51,982 bases of DNA, taken from Chiloscyllium plagiosum (lineage: Eukaryota). The DNA lies in NCBI RefSeq assembly GCF_004010195.1, contig NC_057718.1, forward strand, positions 71,846,433 to 71,898,414, given 5' to 3'. The notes below the pieces were generated by a model that was given only the letters and a program-made list of their open reading frames with translations, had not been told where the DNA came from and made no database searches. The position numbers and the translations under genes were made by a program. Shown piece after piece: positions 23,621-36,499 of this stretch (positions are counted from its first letter, which is position 1; each line of letters opens with the position of its first letter).

Positions 23621-24940
23621 CTACAAGTATATGAACAGAAAAAGATTAGTAAAAACAAATGTTGGTCTGAAACAGGAGATACGATAATGGAGAACAAGGA
23701 AGTGGAAGAGCAATGAAACGTCGGTCTGCCTTCTTAGAAAAAAAGCAAATTACTTCCGTGAAATGTTAAGCAAGCAAGGATTGTGGGTGTAATAACAAAA
23801 AATTAGTTCTGAAGAAATTAGTGGGATTGAAAACTGAAAAACCACTGGTGTTTGATATTACACAGCCCAGGGTATGAAATGAGTAGTAATGGATGCATTG
23901 TCTGTCATCTTTTGAAAAATCTATAGATTCTGAAGCAGTCATAGCTAGGAGAAAGGTGGCATATGTAATACCCCTATTTTGAAAAGGGATGGCGAGAGAA
24001 AATAGGGAATTCCAGACCAGTTAGTCTAACATCAGTACTGGTTAAAATGGTACAGTCTATTATAAGGGATGTCATATCAAAACACTTTGAAAATATCAAC
24101 AGGATTAGACAAAATCAATTTGGAAAAGTGAAACGAAATTTGATCAGGATGAGGGTGTCTTTTGAGGATGGATTTTCAGAAAGTGTTTGGTGAAGTCCCA
24201 CATAAAAGGTTATTGTGTAAAATTAAAGAACATAGTATTATAGGTAATATACTGGCATGGATTGAGAATTGGTTAGCAATACAGGTAACAGAATCATAAT
24301 GAAATGATCTTTTTTTGAAGTAGAAGGCAGTTACTAGTGAGAAATTGCAGTTCTTGGACCCCAGTTATTCACTATATACCAGTGATTTGGATGAGGGAAT
24401 TAAATGTAATATTTCCCATCTTTATGATGATTCAAAACTAAAAGGAATTGCAAGTGGTGAGATGTAGTAACTAGGCTTAAAGGTCACTCAGATAAGTTGA
24501 GTCGTTGGGTAAATACATGTCAAATGTATTTAACTTGGTTAAGTGTGAAGTTATCCATTTTGGTCAAAAAAAAGAATGGCACAGTAAATAATATATGGTC
24601 TTAGATTGGGAAATGTTTATATTCAAAGGGAGCTGTGTATACTTGTACACCAGTCACTGAAAGCAAGCATTCAGGTGTAGAAAACATTTAGGAAGGCAAC
24701 TAGCATGTTGGTCCTTGAATGCAGCAACAAGGATGACTTGCAGAAGCTGTACAGGGTTTTGGTGAGAATACACCTGGAGCATTGCGTGCAGTTTTGGTCT
24801 CCACCTCAAATATATTTTTGCCATAACAGGAGTTTAGCAGAGGTTCAGCAGGTGAATTCCTGGAATGACAGACTTGACATATGAGAAGAGACTGGGTCAA
24901 CTTTACTGACTGAAATTTAAAAGAATGAAAGCAGATCATT
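23620..24940 (+). mobile_element. Heavily decayed CR1 ORF2
   Basis: NSRPVSLTSV, DFQK...VPHKRL, LEHCVQFWSP remnants. Confidence 0.75.
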
Positions 24941-25350
24941 AGGATAAAAGATCTATTCTTGCTCCTATTTTCTATGAATTTATCTTGTGTTTGTCCACTT
25001 CTGTTGATGAACTGGCATCCAAGCTAACCTGCCAATCACATTCTTTGTTATAACGATTTCCCAGGCAAAGTTTCCCAATTCATTAGTTTTACACAGAATA
25101 TTCCAAAACCCCGGATGAGGAAGGATGAACTGTTTTCCTTCTTTATTCATCCATCCCTTGGATTGGTAGACCAAATTAACTTATGCTTTAAAGGTTCAAC
25201 AGATTGCCTTGAATTAACAAAACAAATGAGTTTATTCATTATTACAAGCAACAAGAAATACGAACACGTCACACATACAGATTAGAAATATGACATTAAT
25301 TGAAAAAGATAAAAGGACAAAGTTGTTTAAGTTATTCTCTGAATTATTAG

Positions 25351-25640
25351 TGGGCAGCACGGTGGCATAGTGGTTAGCACTGCTGCCTCACAGCGCCAGG
25401 CGACTGTCTGTGTGGAGTTTGCACGTTCTCCCCGTGTCTGCGTGGGTTTCCTCCGGGTGCTCCGGTTTCCTCCCACAGTCCAAAGATGTGCAGGTCAGGT
25501 GAATTGGCCATGCTAAATTGCCCATAGTATTAGGTAAGGGGTAAATGTAGGGGTATGCGTGGGTTGCGCTTCAGCGGGTCGGTGTGGACTTGTTGGGCCG
25601 AAGGGCCTGTTTCCACACTGTAATGTAATGTAATCTAATC
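25351..25640 (+). mobile_element. HE1-type SINE lacking the B-box segment
   Basis: cagcgccag is joined directly to gcgactgtctg. Confidence 0.9.
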
Positions 25641-26204
25641 TATTGAACAGCAAACAATTTAACATTGCAGTCATTTCAGTGGTGGCTACCAGTAATAATT
25701 ATATTTGTAGTTATACCGTCAATTTCACGAACCTTAGTTTTGTGGTTTGATTTAGATTCTGTGGTTCTGATTTCTTTTCACCATGATCAAATCCCAATCG
25801 TAACAGTCAATACCGCTTGCCATTACATTTCATCCCAGCTTCACCTTTTCTGTTCTGAGAAGAGCTTCCAGCATGTTCCTCTCTCCCATGGGGATGTGAA
25901 ATGGCTCCATTTCCTATTACTCTACCCATCACTATCCATTCCAATTGTTTGGGGATGAAAAGAAGAGGGTTCCTTCGAACAAGGGTTTGTGTATCAACTC
26001 AACTATCACTCATTGTGGGTGTCTACCTTGATCCAATTACTCTCTGTTCATTGAGATGTATTCTTATTAGGACGGGGATGGAGTTTTTAAACTCAAGAAG
26101 AATTATTTCACAAGCTTTTCTTAAGTGGCTCCAATCTTACGTGCTTGGTCAAAAGCAGAATGCTTAAGCCTCTCAAATTCCAAGTACATCTTTCGAATTA
26201 TATT

Positions 26205-26545
26205 TAGAATCCCTACAATGTGAAACAGGCCTTTTGGCCCAACACGTCCACAGTGACCCTCCGAACAGTAACCCACCCAGACCCATTCCTCTACCCTACA
26301 TTTACCCTTGACTAATGCACCTAACCTACACGTCCCTGAACACTTTGGGCAAGTTAGCGTGGCCAATTCACTTAACTTGCACATCTTTGGATTGTGCGAG
26401 GAAACTAGAGCACCCAGAGGAAACCCACGCAAACACAGGGAGAATATGCAAACTCCACACAGACAATCGCCCAAGGCTGGAATCGAACCCAGGTGCCTGG
26501 CACTGTGAGGCACCAGTGCTAATCACTGAGTTATCATGCCGCCTT
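26205..26545 (-). mobile_element. HE1-type SINE, diverged
   Basis: Reverse-complement head, core and tail. Confidence 0.88.
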
Positions 26546-27479
26546 GATCAGGCCATTTCCTGAGAGTACATAAATTTTGGCAAAACCCTTTCAGCACTAA
26601 CTGGTCTTCATTTAAGACAGTTTCTTTTACCGGCTTGTGGCACTTTTCTCAGGAAAGAGGGAGCAGACTTTGTTAGTTTTCCCCAAGAACTTACTTTGCA
26701 ATAAGGACTGGCCACTTTAGGCAAAACACTCAAAAGAGATAAACAAGCTTTTAACTCTGCCTCCTCAAAGCTCAGAATCAAATGAGCAAACCAAGTTGTC
26801 TCTGCCCTCAAGTAATATCCTAATGGGGACACTGTAGGGCTCCCATTCCAAAATTTAAGCTTTTTTCAAATTTCCTCTCCTGTTACTTTTTTCTGAAATT
26901 TTCTCCCTTCCCACTTCGTGCTTTCTTTTACTCATACCTTTCCTTCTTCTTGAAATTTTAATTTAGACTGTTCCAATTACAATCTTTCTAACACTACTCA
27001 ATCCAGTTCATCATCCTCAGTTTCCAACCGCAAACTATTGGCCACTCTTATTAAAATTCTGCGTTTCCTGGCTTTCGTGCAAATTTCTAATCCTAACAGC
27101 TCTGCGAAATCTTTTAACTGTTTGAGCAGCAGAGTATTTATATTCTCAAAAGTAACTCCTTTAGTTCTGCTAGGAACATGTTGATATCAAATGAAGACAT
27201 TTCTATTCTGTATCAAAGTACACTCTGGAAAACCTTTTGTAGTTTCTTCTTTTAGAAAACTGGTTTTAAAGTAAGAACTTACCCACCTTAGTTCCTTTGT
27301 TTCATCTGTGGGTTCAAATCATGGCAAGAGTCTCCAATTTGTTAAACTGAGGTCCCAACAAGGATCCCTAATTTGTTACAATTCCAGACAGAATACCACA
27401 AAATATAAAGTTCTCAAGTGAGAAGGGATGAACTGGCTCCCTTTCTTTATTCACCCTTTCCCTTGATTGATTTGATAGG

Positions 27480-28820
27480 AATTTACAGCATAGGAAGTGT
27501 GACTATTCAGGTCAACAAAAATCTGGCTACACTAATCTTATTTTTTAGCTCCTGGAGACTAGAAAATACAAGTGAATGTCTAAATACTGCTTAAATACAG
27601 TATTATAAGAGTCACTGAGTCAATCATTCTTTTAGGCAGTCAATTCCAGAGTGCCACAATTCTCTGGCTGAAACAATATCTCCTCAGCTCCTCTCTTAGC
27701 CTCCTGCCTTTCACCTTAAATTTACAATTCAGCTTATGGTCCACTGAACTAATGGAAAATCTATCCATTCTAGTTACACCTCCTATAATCACATTTTCCC
27801 TATAATGTGCTTTTAAAAAAACTGTACACAGTACTCCAGTTGTGGCCGAAACAAAATTTATTTAAAAAAAGCTCCAGCATAAGCTCCCTGTTATTGTATC
27901 CTATGTCTCAGCTAATAAAGCAAGTATGTCTCATGCCTTCTTAACCACCTTAACTAGCTATCTTGCTACCTTCAGGGATATTTGGATATGCACAACAGAG
28001 TTGCAATGATCTTCAGTTCTTTCCAGGATCCTACCATTCATAGTATAATACCTTGTTAGCCTTTCTCTTTTCTTGGTTGAATTCTATTTGCCACTGCTCT
28101 GCCCACCTGACCACTCATACATTTTATGGTTATCCTCCTCTTCACTATTTAGTACCTTAGCAACTTTTTAGTCAGCAAATTTCTTGATCATAATCCCTAC
28201 ATTTACATTTAGATTATTAACGTACACCACAAAATAGCAGTAGTCCCAGTACCAAGCCCTGTGAAACTCCTCTGGAAACAGAATTCCACTCACAGACACA
28301 TCCCTCTACCATGACTCTCTGCTTTCAGCCTCTCAGCCAATATTGGATACAATATGTCACTTCGCCCTTGAAACAAAACTTTTACTTTCTTGACCAATTA
28401 GGTCAACAGGCATGAGGACTCAGCTGAAAATGTGTTGCTGGAAAAGCGCAGCAGGTCAGGCAGCGTCCAGTGAACAGGAGAAATGTCGATTCTCCTGTTC
28501 CCTGGACGCTGCCTAACCTGCTGCGCTTTTCCAGCAACACATTTTCAGCTCTGATCTCCAGCATCTGCAGACCTCACTTTCTCCTCAAAGAGGCATGAGG
28601 AATCTGACCAAAAGCCATGTAAACCGCATCAACACTTGTGGTTACCTCCTCAAAAAACTGGATCAAATTTGTCAAACATGATCTTCCTTTGACAAATTCA
28701 AGATGATTATCCCTGATTAATTTGTGTTTTCCAAGTGCAGCTGTACTTTATCCCTCAGAATTTTCTTTGAACTTCCCCACCTCCGAGGTTAGACTGACTG
28801 GTGTATAATTTCCTGGTCGC
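27480..28820 (-). mobile_element. Decayed CR1 RT and 3' end
   Basis: Minus-strand G-VPQG-LVLG (~28250-28280) and LEYCVQF (~27825-27840) remnants; tail at ~27490. Confidence 0.7.
28419..28590. mobile_element. Fold-back Penelope-tail insertion with 11-bp TSD
   Basis: 61-bp arms 28422-28482/28490-28550 with 2 mismatches; aggcatgagga at 28408-28418 and 28591-28601. Confidence 0.88.
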
Positions 28821-28904
28821 TACAAGATTAATTTAGAAATGAATCCTTCCCTAATAGATACCTTTCTCAGAGACTTGAATGAACTTGTATTTTAGAATAG
28901 ATAA

Positions 28905-28990
28905 AATTGGAGCTGGACAAACATAGCAGATCAGACAGCATCAGAGAACCAAGAAAGACAATGTTTTGGGTCAGGTCCCTTCATCAGAAC
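28905..28990 (-). mobile_element. Diverged Penelope-type tail
   Basis: Minus-strand ttCTGATGAagggacctgacccAAAAcatt. Confidence 0.6.
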
Positions 28991-29059
28991 TAGATTAGAA
29001 GTAGCCAAATTAACGAGGCATGGGTTTATTGATTATTAAATACAGGAAGAATTAACGTG

Positions 29060-29088
29060 TCTCTCTCACTCACACACACACACACACA
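29060..29088 (+). repeat. (CT)n/(CA)n microsatellite
   Basis: tctctctcactcacacacacacacacaca. Confidence 0.9.
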
Positions 29089-30171
29089 GTTGAGCCATTC
29101 TTCGTTTTGCTGCAGAATTGATCAGAATCTGCATTTCTGATTCTTTTCAACAATTACATAATTCCAGCATTCATGGCGAAAGACAATGTTTTTCTGTCCT
29201 GTTTCCATTTGCTTGGATTGCAACATTCAGAGCAAGAGAGTGTCTTAACTTGCAACACAGGAATGACTAGGGAACCGTTCATCGACTGTAATCTTTATTG
29301 CATACCAATGTTCAAGTGAAGGCTGGTATACACGAGAGGATTCAGTTCCATTAGCACATTTCAGTTAAGCTGAAAATGATGTTTGAACTCCTATCCTTCT
29401 GAGTTCTTCAAAGGGAAAAAGACAAAATGTACCTGCAGTTTGAGACATCACCCTTAGAGGGTGACTATCTATTGAGCTGGAGGTTGTTAATATCTTGTTA
29501 TCTTTGCAGTCACAAACAATCATAGTTCCAGTCTGTTTTGACTTGATTTTTGCCCCATTTGAAGGGCTTTTGTTTGATGTTCCTTTCATATCCGTAAGGA
29601 TGACATTTTATGGGCCTCTCTCTCTCTAGATAACCACTTAATTTACACCAGCAGGCATTTCTGGCTGATCCAGTCCTCTTTTAAAAATACATTTTGGCAT
29701 TACAGTTTAAAAACATGCACATCTCTTTGGGATTCTGACCCACAGTCATGAAATCTTAACTCATTAAGATCACCTGTTTCCACCTACCTCAGCTTAGGCT
29801 ACTGAACCATTATCCTTCATGAGACTATGCTTTCCAAAGTAGAACCTCATCCAAATTTTTGATGCTCTTGCTTAATTCAAATTCAATTCCATTCACCCAT
29901 TCCCTTATGCCTTGAATTTAGGTTTCTCATCTGTCCCCTTGGAACCCTTTATGGCACTATCACTCCCTGAATCTTTTTGATCTCCTCCAATCCTGCAAAC
30001 CTCCAATCTTTCAATTGCTTTTTTAGTTCTTTAATTACCAGCAACATTGCTAGCAAGATGGCATAACTAAGAGAAAGAACTTGTAGATAAAAATGTTCCA
30101 CTTTTTGTGTCCTTTTTCATTTTAACAGAACTCAAATCATCAGACCTGTGAGTCCTGAGTAGTTTGCTTAC

Positions 30172-30316
30172 CTGGGCAATTTGGGGGATTTGCTAGCTCG
30201 AGATATCTTTGGAGATTTCTTGCCAATCCAGTCATCACTTAGTTCTACATCACTGGAGTCAGAACAATTACAACTATCAATCATTGTTGACATCAAATTG
30301 GTCCCATAGATTTCAT
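30172..30316 (-). CDS. TULP4: Internal coding exon (145 nt, phase 1 to phase 2) of tubby-related protein 4
   Basis: Acceptor ttttcttttcttgtatgtctttaccAG and donor CCCAG/GTAAGC; encodes (D)EIYGTNLMSTMIDSCNCSDSSDVELSDDWIGKKSPKISRASKSPKLP(R), matching from memory vertebrate TULP4 DEIYGNSLISTVIDSCNCSDSSDIELSDDW..KKSPKISRASKSPKLPR. Confidence 0.93.
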
Positions 30317-32199
30317 CTGGTAAAGACATACAAGAAAAGAAAATTACAACTTGTTCAAAAACATAACCTAAATGATTCAAAACTATTATAAAAAGGTCTG
30401 CAACAAAAGTCATGTTGATAATTTGTGTTAGTTTAAAATAGCACTCTGCCATCTAACAATTAATTGATTTAAAACAGGGAAGGCAAATGCCATGACAAGA
30501 AAACAAGATTGAATGAAAAGAGTAGAAACCTAGAAATATCTTAGTATGTGCTTTAAGCTCATTCAATAACCAGCTTTAACTGTTACAAGGGAAATAAAAA
30601 CATTACATACACTATTTTAAAACAAAGAAAACTAGAAGAAATTCTTAATGTTCTAATATCAAAAGTTACTTCTAGATTATAGCTGCACCAATGTTGTGTA
30701 CATGTAAAAATTAATTTCTCTTCAACATTTATCTGTGAGGACAAAAGTGTTTCTCAAGCAATAAACAAAATGGAAAATCAAACAGAAAAGAATACTACGC
30801 CATTAAATTGGTAAGGATTCTCTTCACCTCAAAGGAAAATACAGTTTTTGCCATAGTGCCAATTCATGCTCAAACAGAACAGCTAAAAAGCTATGCAAAC
30901 TTAGACCAGCAATTGGGAATATTAATTTTAGAACAATGAAACACTTGTGACTTTAAAAAGTCAATAAATACATTAACGCACTGTCTTAAATTAAATACTG
31001 CCTATAAGTTTATAAGTGGCAATATCAAATAAGCATATTTTATGTTTTCCTAATACTGATATGCACATAGTAATGAAAAGAAAATCAAATTTTATGGGCA
31101 GGGGTTGCTGAAGGCTGTGGGAACTTTGAGGCTCCAGTATCCAAGTGCAATATACAGAAGACACCTGGACAACAATTCACTCGCTGCAATATTCAATCCC
31201 TGGTAATCATCCACACCATCACCTACAGATGTCAAAGATGAGGCAAAAATTCATCAATTATGTTATAGCGAATTTGTGTTAATGAAATGTGTTATAGTAG
31301 AACAACCTGTACGTCTGACAGCTTTTCACCAGAGGCCTACAAAGGACAAGGACACAACAAAAAAAGATGAGTTGAGCCCCTTTACAAGCGCTAGACAGGT
31401 TTGCTGGTGTGAGCCAGTGTGGCCGTCAACCTTGGGGGCAGACTTGTTGGCCTTGTCAAGCTTTACCCCAAACACCATATATGCACTTGGGCAAAGAAAT
31501 GCCTTAGTTATGAAAGAGACAAGTTAAAGTAGAAGTCTGTACCAAGTAGAGCTTGGAGTAAGAAGTCTATCCTGCCAGATACATGCCTCATATATACATG
31601 CTGGATTCTTGAATACACATATTTCCCATTTTTGACTAACAATATTGTGCCCATGAATGTTTTTCTAGAGGGTTGGACATGCTAACGAATAAAAAACAGG
31701 AAGGTTTGAGAATATCAACCCATCTGAAAAGCAGAGAACTTAACAGCAAAAGCTTTAATCACTTTTTGGTTTTACCTCCAACTCATTTAAATACCCCCAC
31801 AGTGTTAAACATTCTAGGTAAGCATGAACATTTCCATCCAATTGTGTTTTACATGATATTTCCTCAACAAAACTAATACAATAAGTAGAGCATTTTGTTC
31901 TTAAGGGAGCAGTCACAAATAGAATCAGGGAGAAATTAGGATTCCCAGGAACCAAAGAGGTAATTATACTGAAACAGAATGGCAGAATTACTTTGAGGTC
32001 TGGCATTACAAGAAAATGAAATCAAAGCGACTTTGGACATTACCTGGCTTATTTAAAACTCATTTATGTGTTCATATCATAGAATCCCTACAGTGTGGAA
32101 ACAGGCCATTTGGCCCAAATTGATTTCAAGCTTTTGAAAGTACAAGCTTTTGAATGTGCAGAAAAAGTAGAATTTACTGGATATGATAATCAACAAATC

Positions 32200-33690
32200 T
32201 GATGTCTATGGTTGGGAAGTTATCGAAAAAAATTGAGCGACAGGATTAATCAACACTTGGAAAGGCAGGGATTGATCAGGGATAGTCAGAACAAATTTGT
32301 TAGACAATAGACAATAGGTGCAGGAGTAGGCCATTCTGCCCTTCAAGCCAGCACCACCATTCATTATGATCATCCTCAATCAGTATCCTGTTCCTGCCTT
32401 ATCCCCATAACCCTTAATTCCACTATCCTTAAGAGATCTATCCAACTCTTTCTTGAAAGTATCCAGAGACTTAGCCTCCACAGCCTTCTGGGGCAGAGCA
32501 TTCCACACACCCACCACTCTCTGGGTAAAGAAGAGGGAGATCCTGCCTGGCTAATTTGATTGAGTTGCTTGAAAAGCTCACTAAATACATTAATGAGGGT
32601 AGTGCCATTGATGTGGTTTATATGGACTTTAGCAAGGTCTTTGACAAAGTCCCACATGGAAGATTGGTCCAAAAGAAAAGGGCCCATGGGATCCAAGGCA
32701 AAAAGGCAAGCTGGATCCAAAATTGGATTGGAAGTAGGAGGAAAAGGTCCATGACTGGTGGTGTTCCACAGGGATCTGTACTAGGACCTCTGCTATTCGT
32801 GATATACATAAATGACAGAGATGGAAATGTAGATGAGTGGGTTAGTGAAGTTTACAGATAATACAGAGATTGGTGGAGTTGTGGATAGTGTAGAAGATTG
32901 TCAAAGCGTATATAAATCAGTTTCAGATATAGGCACAGAAATGGCAGATGGACGGGTAACAGTGATGTGCTGCACTTCGGGAGATCAAATGTATACAGTT
33001 AATGGCAGAACTCTGAACAACTTTGATGTTGTGCAGCAGGATCTTGGGGTTCAAGTCCATAGCTTCCTAAAAGTAGAAAGTGCATGGTATGCTTGGTAAA
33101 GAAGATGGTAAAGAACACATACATGACTTTATTGGTCAGTAAGTTAAACACAAGAATCGGGATGTCAGCCTACAGCTTTATAAGACTTTGGTTAGGCCAC
33201 ACTTAGTGTATTGCATTCAATTTTGGTCAGTACACTACAGGGAGAATGTAGAGACCTTGGAACGGGTGTAGAAGAAGTTTACCAGGATGCTGCCTGGATT
33301 AGAGCATATCAGCTATAATTAGAGGCTAGAAAAACTCAGGCTCTTTTATCTGGAGTGAATAAGGCTGAGGGGAGACTTGATAGCGGTTTATCAAATTATA
33401 AGATACATAGATAGAGTTGACCGTCAGAAACTTTTTCCAAGAGTTGAAATGTCTAAGGTGAGGGGGGAAAGTTCACAAGAGATGTGGCAGGGGTTTGGAA
33501 CATGCTAGAGACAGATACAATAGGGGCACTTAAGGCAATTTTAGATAAATACATCTAAATATGTGAGAAATGCAGGGACGTGGACCAAGCACAGGGAGAA
33601 GGGATTAGTTTTATTTGGAGTCACGTTTCGCACAACAACGTGGGCCAAAGGCCTGTTCCTGTGCTACACAGTTCTAAATTTCATGTTGTA
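32200..33690 (+). mobile_element. CR1 RT and 3' end, interrupted by a younger antisense CR1 tail
   Basis: [33 protein letters not shown]; tail at ~33640. Confidence 0.9.
32303..32530 (-). mobile_element. Short 5'-truncated CR1 3' end
   Basis: Minus-strand tttacccagagagtggtgggtgtgtggaatgc ... ggcctactcctgcacctattgtctattgtc. Confidence 0.88.
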
Positions 33691-34610
33691 AATGGTGATG
33701 GTGGAGGGCTTTTTTATGATTGGAAGCCTGTGACCAGCACTCACCCAAAGGGGTCAGTTACTTGGAATCCTTGCTGTTTGTTATTTATATTCATGTCTTG
33801 GATATGAATGTAGAAGATAATAATTAATAAGTTTGCAGATGACATGAAAACTGGTGATGTTGTTAATAGTGAGAAGGATGGTCTCAAGCTACAGTCTGAT
33901 ATTCATCAACTGGTACACTGACCAGCAATGGCAGATAGAATTTAATCCTGAACAGTGTGAGGTGATGCATTTTGTGATCACTTATAAAGGAAGGATATAC
34001 AAAATGAACTGCAGTACACCAGGGAGTACTGAGGAATAAATAGACTTTGGTGTACAGAGGAACCTCGATTACCTGGCATTCGATTAACCAATCGTCAGAT
34101 CATTCGAACAAGATCACAAGGTCCCGATGCGTGGCTAACTGTGTTATCTGGCATTGATTATCCAGCATTCAATTAATTGAATGAAATACTCCCCACCTTT
34201 GGGGAGTATTTCCTTAGGATAATCGAGGTTCCTCTGTATATGTCCTGAAGGTGTCAGCACAAGTGGACAGGATGATGAGGAAGGCATATGGGACATATGC
34301 CTTCCTTAGCAAGGGTGTAGAACATAGGAGGAAGGAACTCTTGTTACAACTTTATAAAATACTATTTAGGCCACAGATGGAATACGATGTGTAGTTCTGG
34401 TCATCATACTGTCAAAGGATGTTTTGCACTGGAGGGGGTACAGAGGAGATTCACCAGGATATTGCGGCTCAGTTATGAGGAGAGACTGCACAGTTTGGGT
34501 TTGTTTTCCTTTGAATAGAGGAGGCTGAGGAGGGTCTGATTAAGGCATAGAAAATTATGAGAAGCATAGATACAGTAGATCATGAAAATCTTTTTCCCTG
34601 CCCTATTTGT
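33690..34610 (+). mobile_element. CR1 RT fragment containing a MITE
   Basis: KFADDMKTG, WQIEFNPEQCEVMHF. Confidence 0.85.
34055..34236. mobile_element. pogo/Tigger-type MITE
   Basis: 17-bp perfect TIRs cagaggaacctcgatta / taatcgaggttcctctg, with TA on both sides. Confidence 0.92.
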
Positions 34611-34634
34611 CGAAGATCAGAGAGCATAAACACA

Positions 34635-35755
34635 GAAAATTAGGAGGTATGGGATACAGATAAATTTGGCTGTCTGGATACAGAATTGGCTGGCCGAAAG
34701 AAGACAGTAAGTGGTAGTGGATTGAAAGAATTCCACCTGGAGGTTGGTGACCAAGGGTGTCTCGCAGGGATCTGTTTTTGGGCCTCGGCTCTTCGTAGTT
34801 TTTATAAATGACTTGGATGGAGAAGTGGAAGGGTGGGTTAATAAGTTTGTTTATGACGCAGAGGTCAGTGGTGTTGTAGATAGTGTCAATGGCTGTTGCA
34901 GGCTACAACATGACATTGACAGAATGCAGAGCTGGGCTGAAAAGTTGCAGACGGAGTTCAACCTAGATAAATGCGAAGTGATTCATTTTGGAAGGTCAAA
35001 TTTGAAAGCTGAATACATGGTTAAAGACAGGATTCTTGGCAGTGTGGAGGAACAGCAGGATCTTGGGGTCCATATACATAGATCCCTCAAAGTTGCCATC
35101 CAAGTTGATAGGGTTGTTCAGAATGTGTATGGTGTTTTGGTTTTTATTAACATTTGTTTAAGAGCCACGAGGATTGAGTTTAAGAGCCATGAGGTTTTGT
35201 TGCACCTCTATAAAACCCTGGTTAGATCATACTTGGAATATTATGTCCAGTTCTGGTCGCCTCATTATAGGAAGAATTTAGATGCTTTAGAGAAGGTGCA
35301 GAGGAGATCTACCAGGATGCTGAATTGGAGGGCTTGTCTTCTGAACAGAGACTGAGTGAGCTCAGGTTTTACACACTGGAGAGGAGGAGGAACAAGAGGT
35401 GACTTGATAGAGTACATGGTGATGACAGGCTTAGATAGATAGCCAGAGACTTGTCCCCAGGGTAGAAATGGCTGTCATGAGGGGTCATAATTTTAGAGTG
35501 ATTGGAGGAAGGTATCGGGGAGATGTCAGAAGTAGTTTCTTTACACGGAGAGTGGCGGGGGCGTTGAATGCACTGCCAGCGGAAGTAGTAGACACAGAGA
35601 CATTAGGGACATTTAAGTGACTGTTAAACAAGCACATGGACAGCAGTAAATTGAGGGCTGTATAGGTTAGGTTGATCTTAGATTAAGATAAATGCTTGGC
35701 ATGACATGGTGGGCCGAAGGCCCTGTGCTGTGTTATACTGTTCAATGTTCTATAA
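34635..35755 (+). mobile_element. CR1 RT and 3' end
   Basis: ORF 34744..35355 GVSQGSVFGP...YLEYYVQFWSPHY; tail gggccgaaggccctgtgctg. Confidence 0.92.
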
Positions 35756-35831
35756 GTGGTTTAGAGGAGATGGAAAGAAACCTATTTTAATCCATTCACA
35801 GAAATATGGAAGGTGGTGGGGGCTGTGCACA

Positions 35832-36185
35832 GGGAGGTGATGGCCTTCTGATATTACCACTAGACTGTTAATCCAGAGACACCAGGAATATTCTGGGGAC
35901 CCAGGTTCAAATCTCACCATGGCAGATGTTGGAATTTGAATTCAATAAAAAAAGTCTGAAATTAAAAGTCTAATGACAACCATGAATCAATTGTTGGGAA
36001 AAATCCATCTGGTTCGTTAATTCCCTTTAGGGAAGGAAATTGCCATCCTTACTTGGTCTGGCCTACATGTGACTCCAGACCCACAGCAGTGTGGTTGACT
36101 CTTAACTGCCCTCTGGGCAATTAGGGATGGACAATAAATACTGGCTTGGCCAGCAACGCCCTCATCCAGGAATGAATTTTTAAAA
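35832..36185 (+). mobile_element. Second tRNA-derived SINE family
   Basis: Head with B box ggttcaaatctc; tail agggatggacaataaatactggcttggccagcaacgccctcatcc, distinct from HE1. Confidence 0.7.
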
Positions 36186-36214
36186 AGGCAGAGGAAGATG
36201 TTTAGCTGAAACAG

Positions 36215-36435
36215 CAGGCTTCCATTGTTTGTTGTGGTTCTGTTCGCCGAGCTGGAAGTTTTTGTTGCAAACATTTCGTCCCCTGGCTAGGCGACATCAT
36301 CAGTCTTTGATGTTTCCTCCGGTGTTTATAGTGGTCTGTCCCTGCCGCTTCCGGTTGTCAGTTTCAGCTGTCCGTTATAGTGGTTGGTATATTGGGTCCA
36401 GGTCGATGTGTTTGTTGATGGAGTTTGTGGATGCC
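36215..36435 (-). mobile_element. Penelope 3' end with hammerhead-like core
   Basis: ORF end STNSINKHIDLDPIYQPL; CTGATGAtgtcgcctagccaggggacGAAAtgtt at 36303-36271. Confidence 0.8.
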
Positions 36436-36499
36436 TAATCAGGTGATAGCCAGCCAAAATTGGCTGAGTAAACGCTCTTAAATGCATGGGAACACTATA

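Larger units (their letters stand above)
25045..27470 (-). mobile_element. Older internally deleted Gypsy/Gmr1-like relic
   Basis: Two similar LTR ends (ggatgaactg...tctttattca at ~25125 and ~27425), PBS-like sequence at 27320-27372, gag-like FEEAELKAC remnant at ~26760. Confidence 0.5.

Noticed and set aside
961..26563. Recurrent ORFs such as CGRKPEHPEETHADTGR and ANSPDLHIFGLWEETG as a protein family
   Set aside because: They are translations of HE1-type SINE copies, not genes.
29365..29610. 74-aa minus-strand ORF as an extra TULP4 exon
   Set aside because: No resemblance to TULP4 as recalled, an in-frame stop just upstream, and no convincing acceptor, despite a possible donor at ~29432.
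30317..30452. N-terminal part of ORF 30168..30452 as coding sequence
   Set aside because: It lies upstream of the splice acceptor and includes the polypyrimidine tract, so it is intronic read-through.
31255..31312. Possible Tc1/mariner TIR end (gttatagtagaacaacctg-TA)
   Set aside because: No matching opposite TIR found by eye.
32127..32160. Short tandem duplication caagcttttgaa
   Set aside because: Isolated slippage-type duplication with no further structure.
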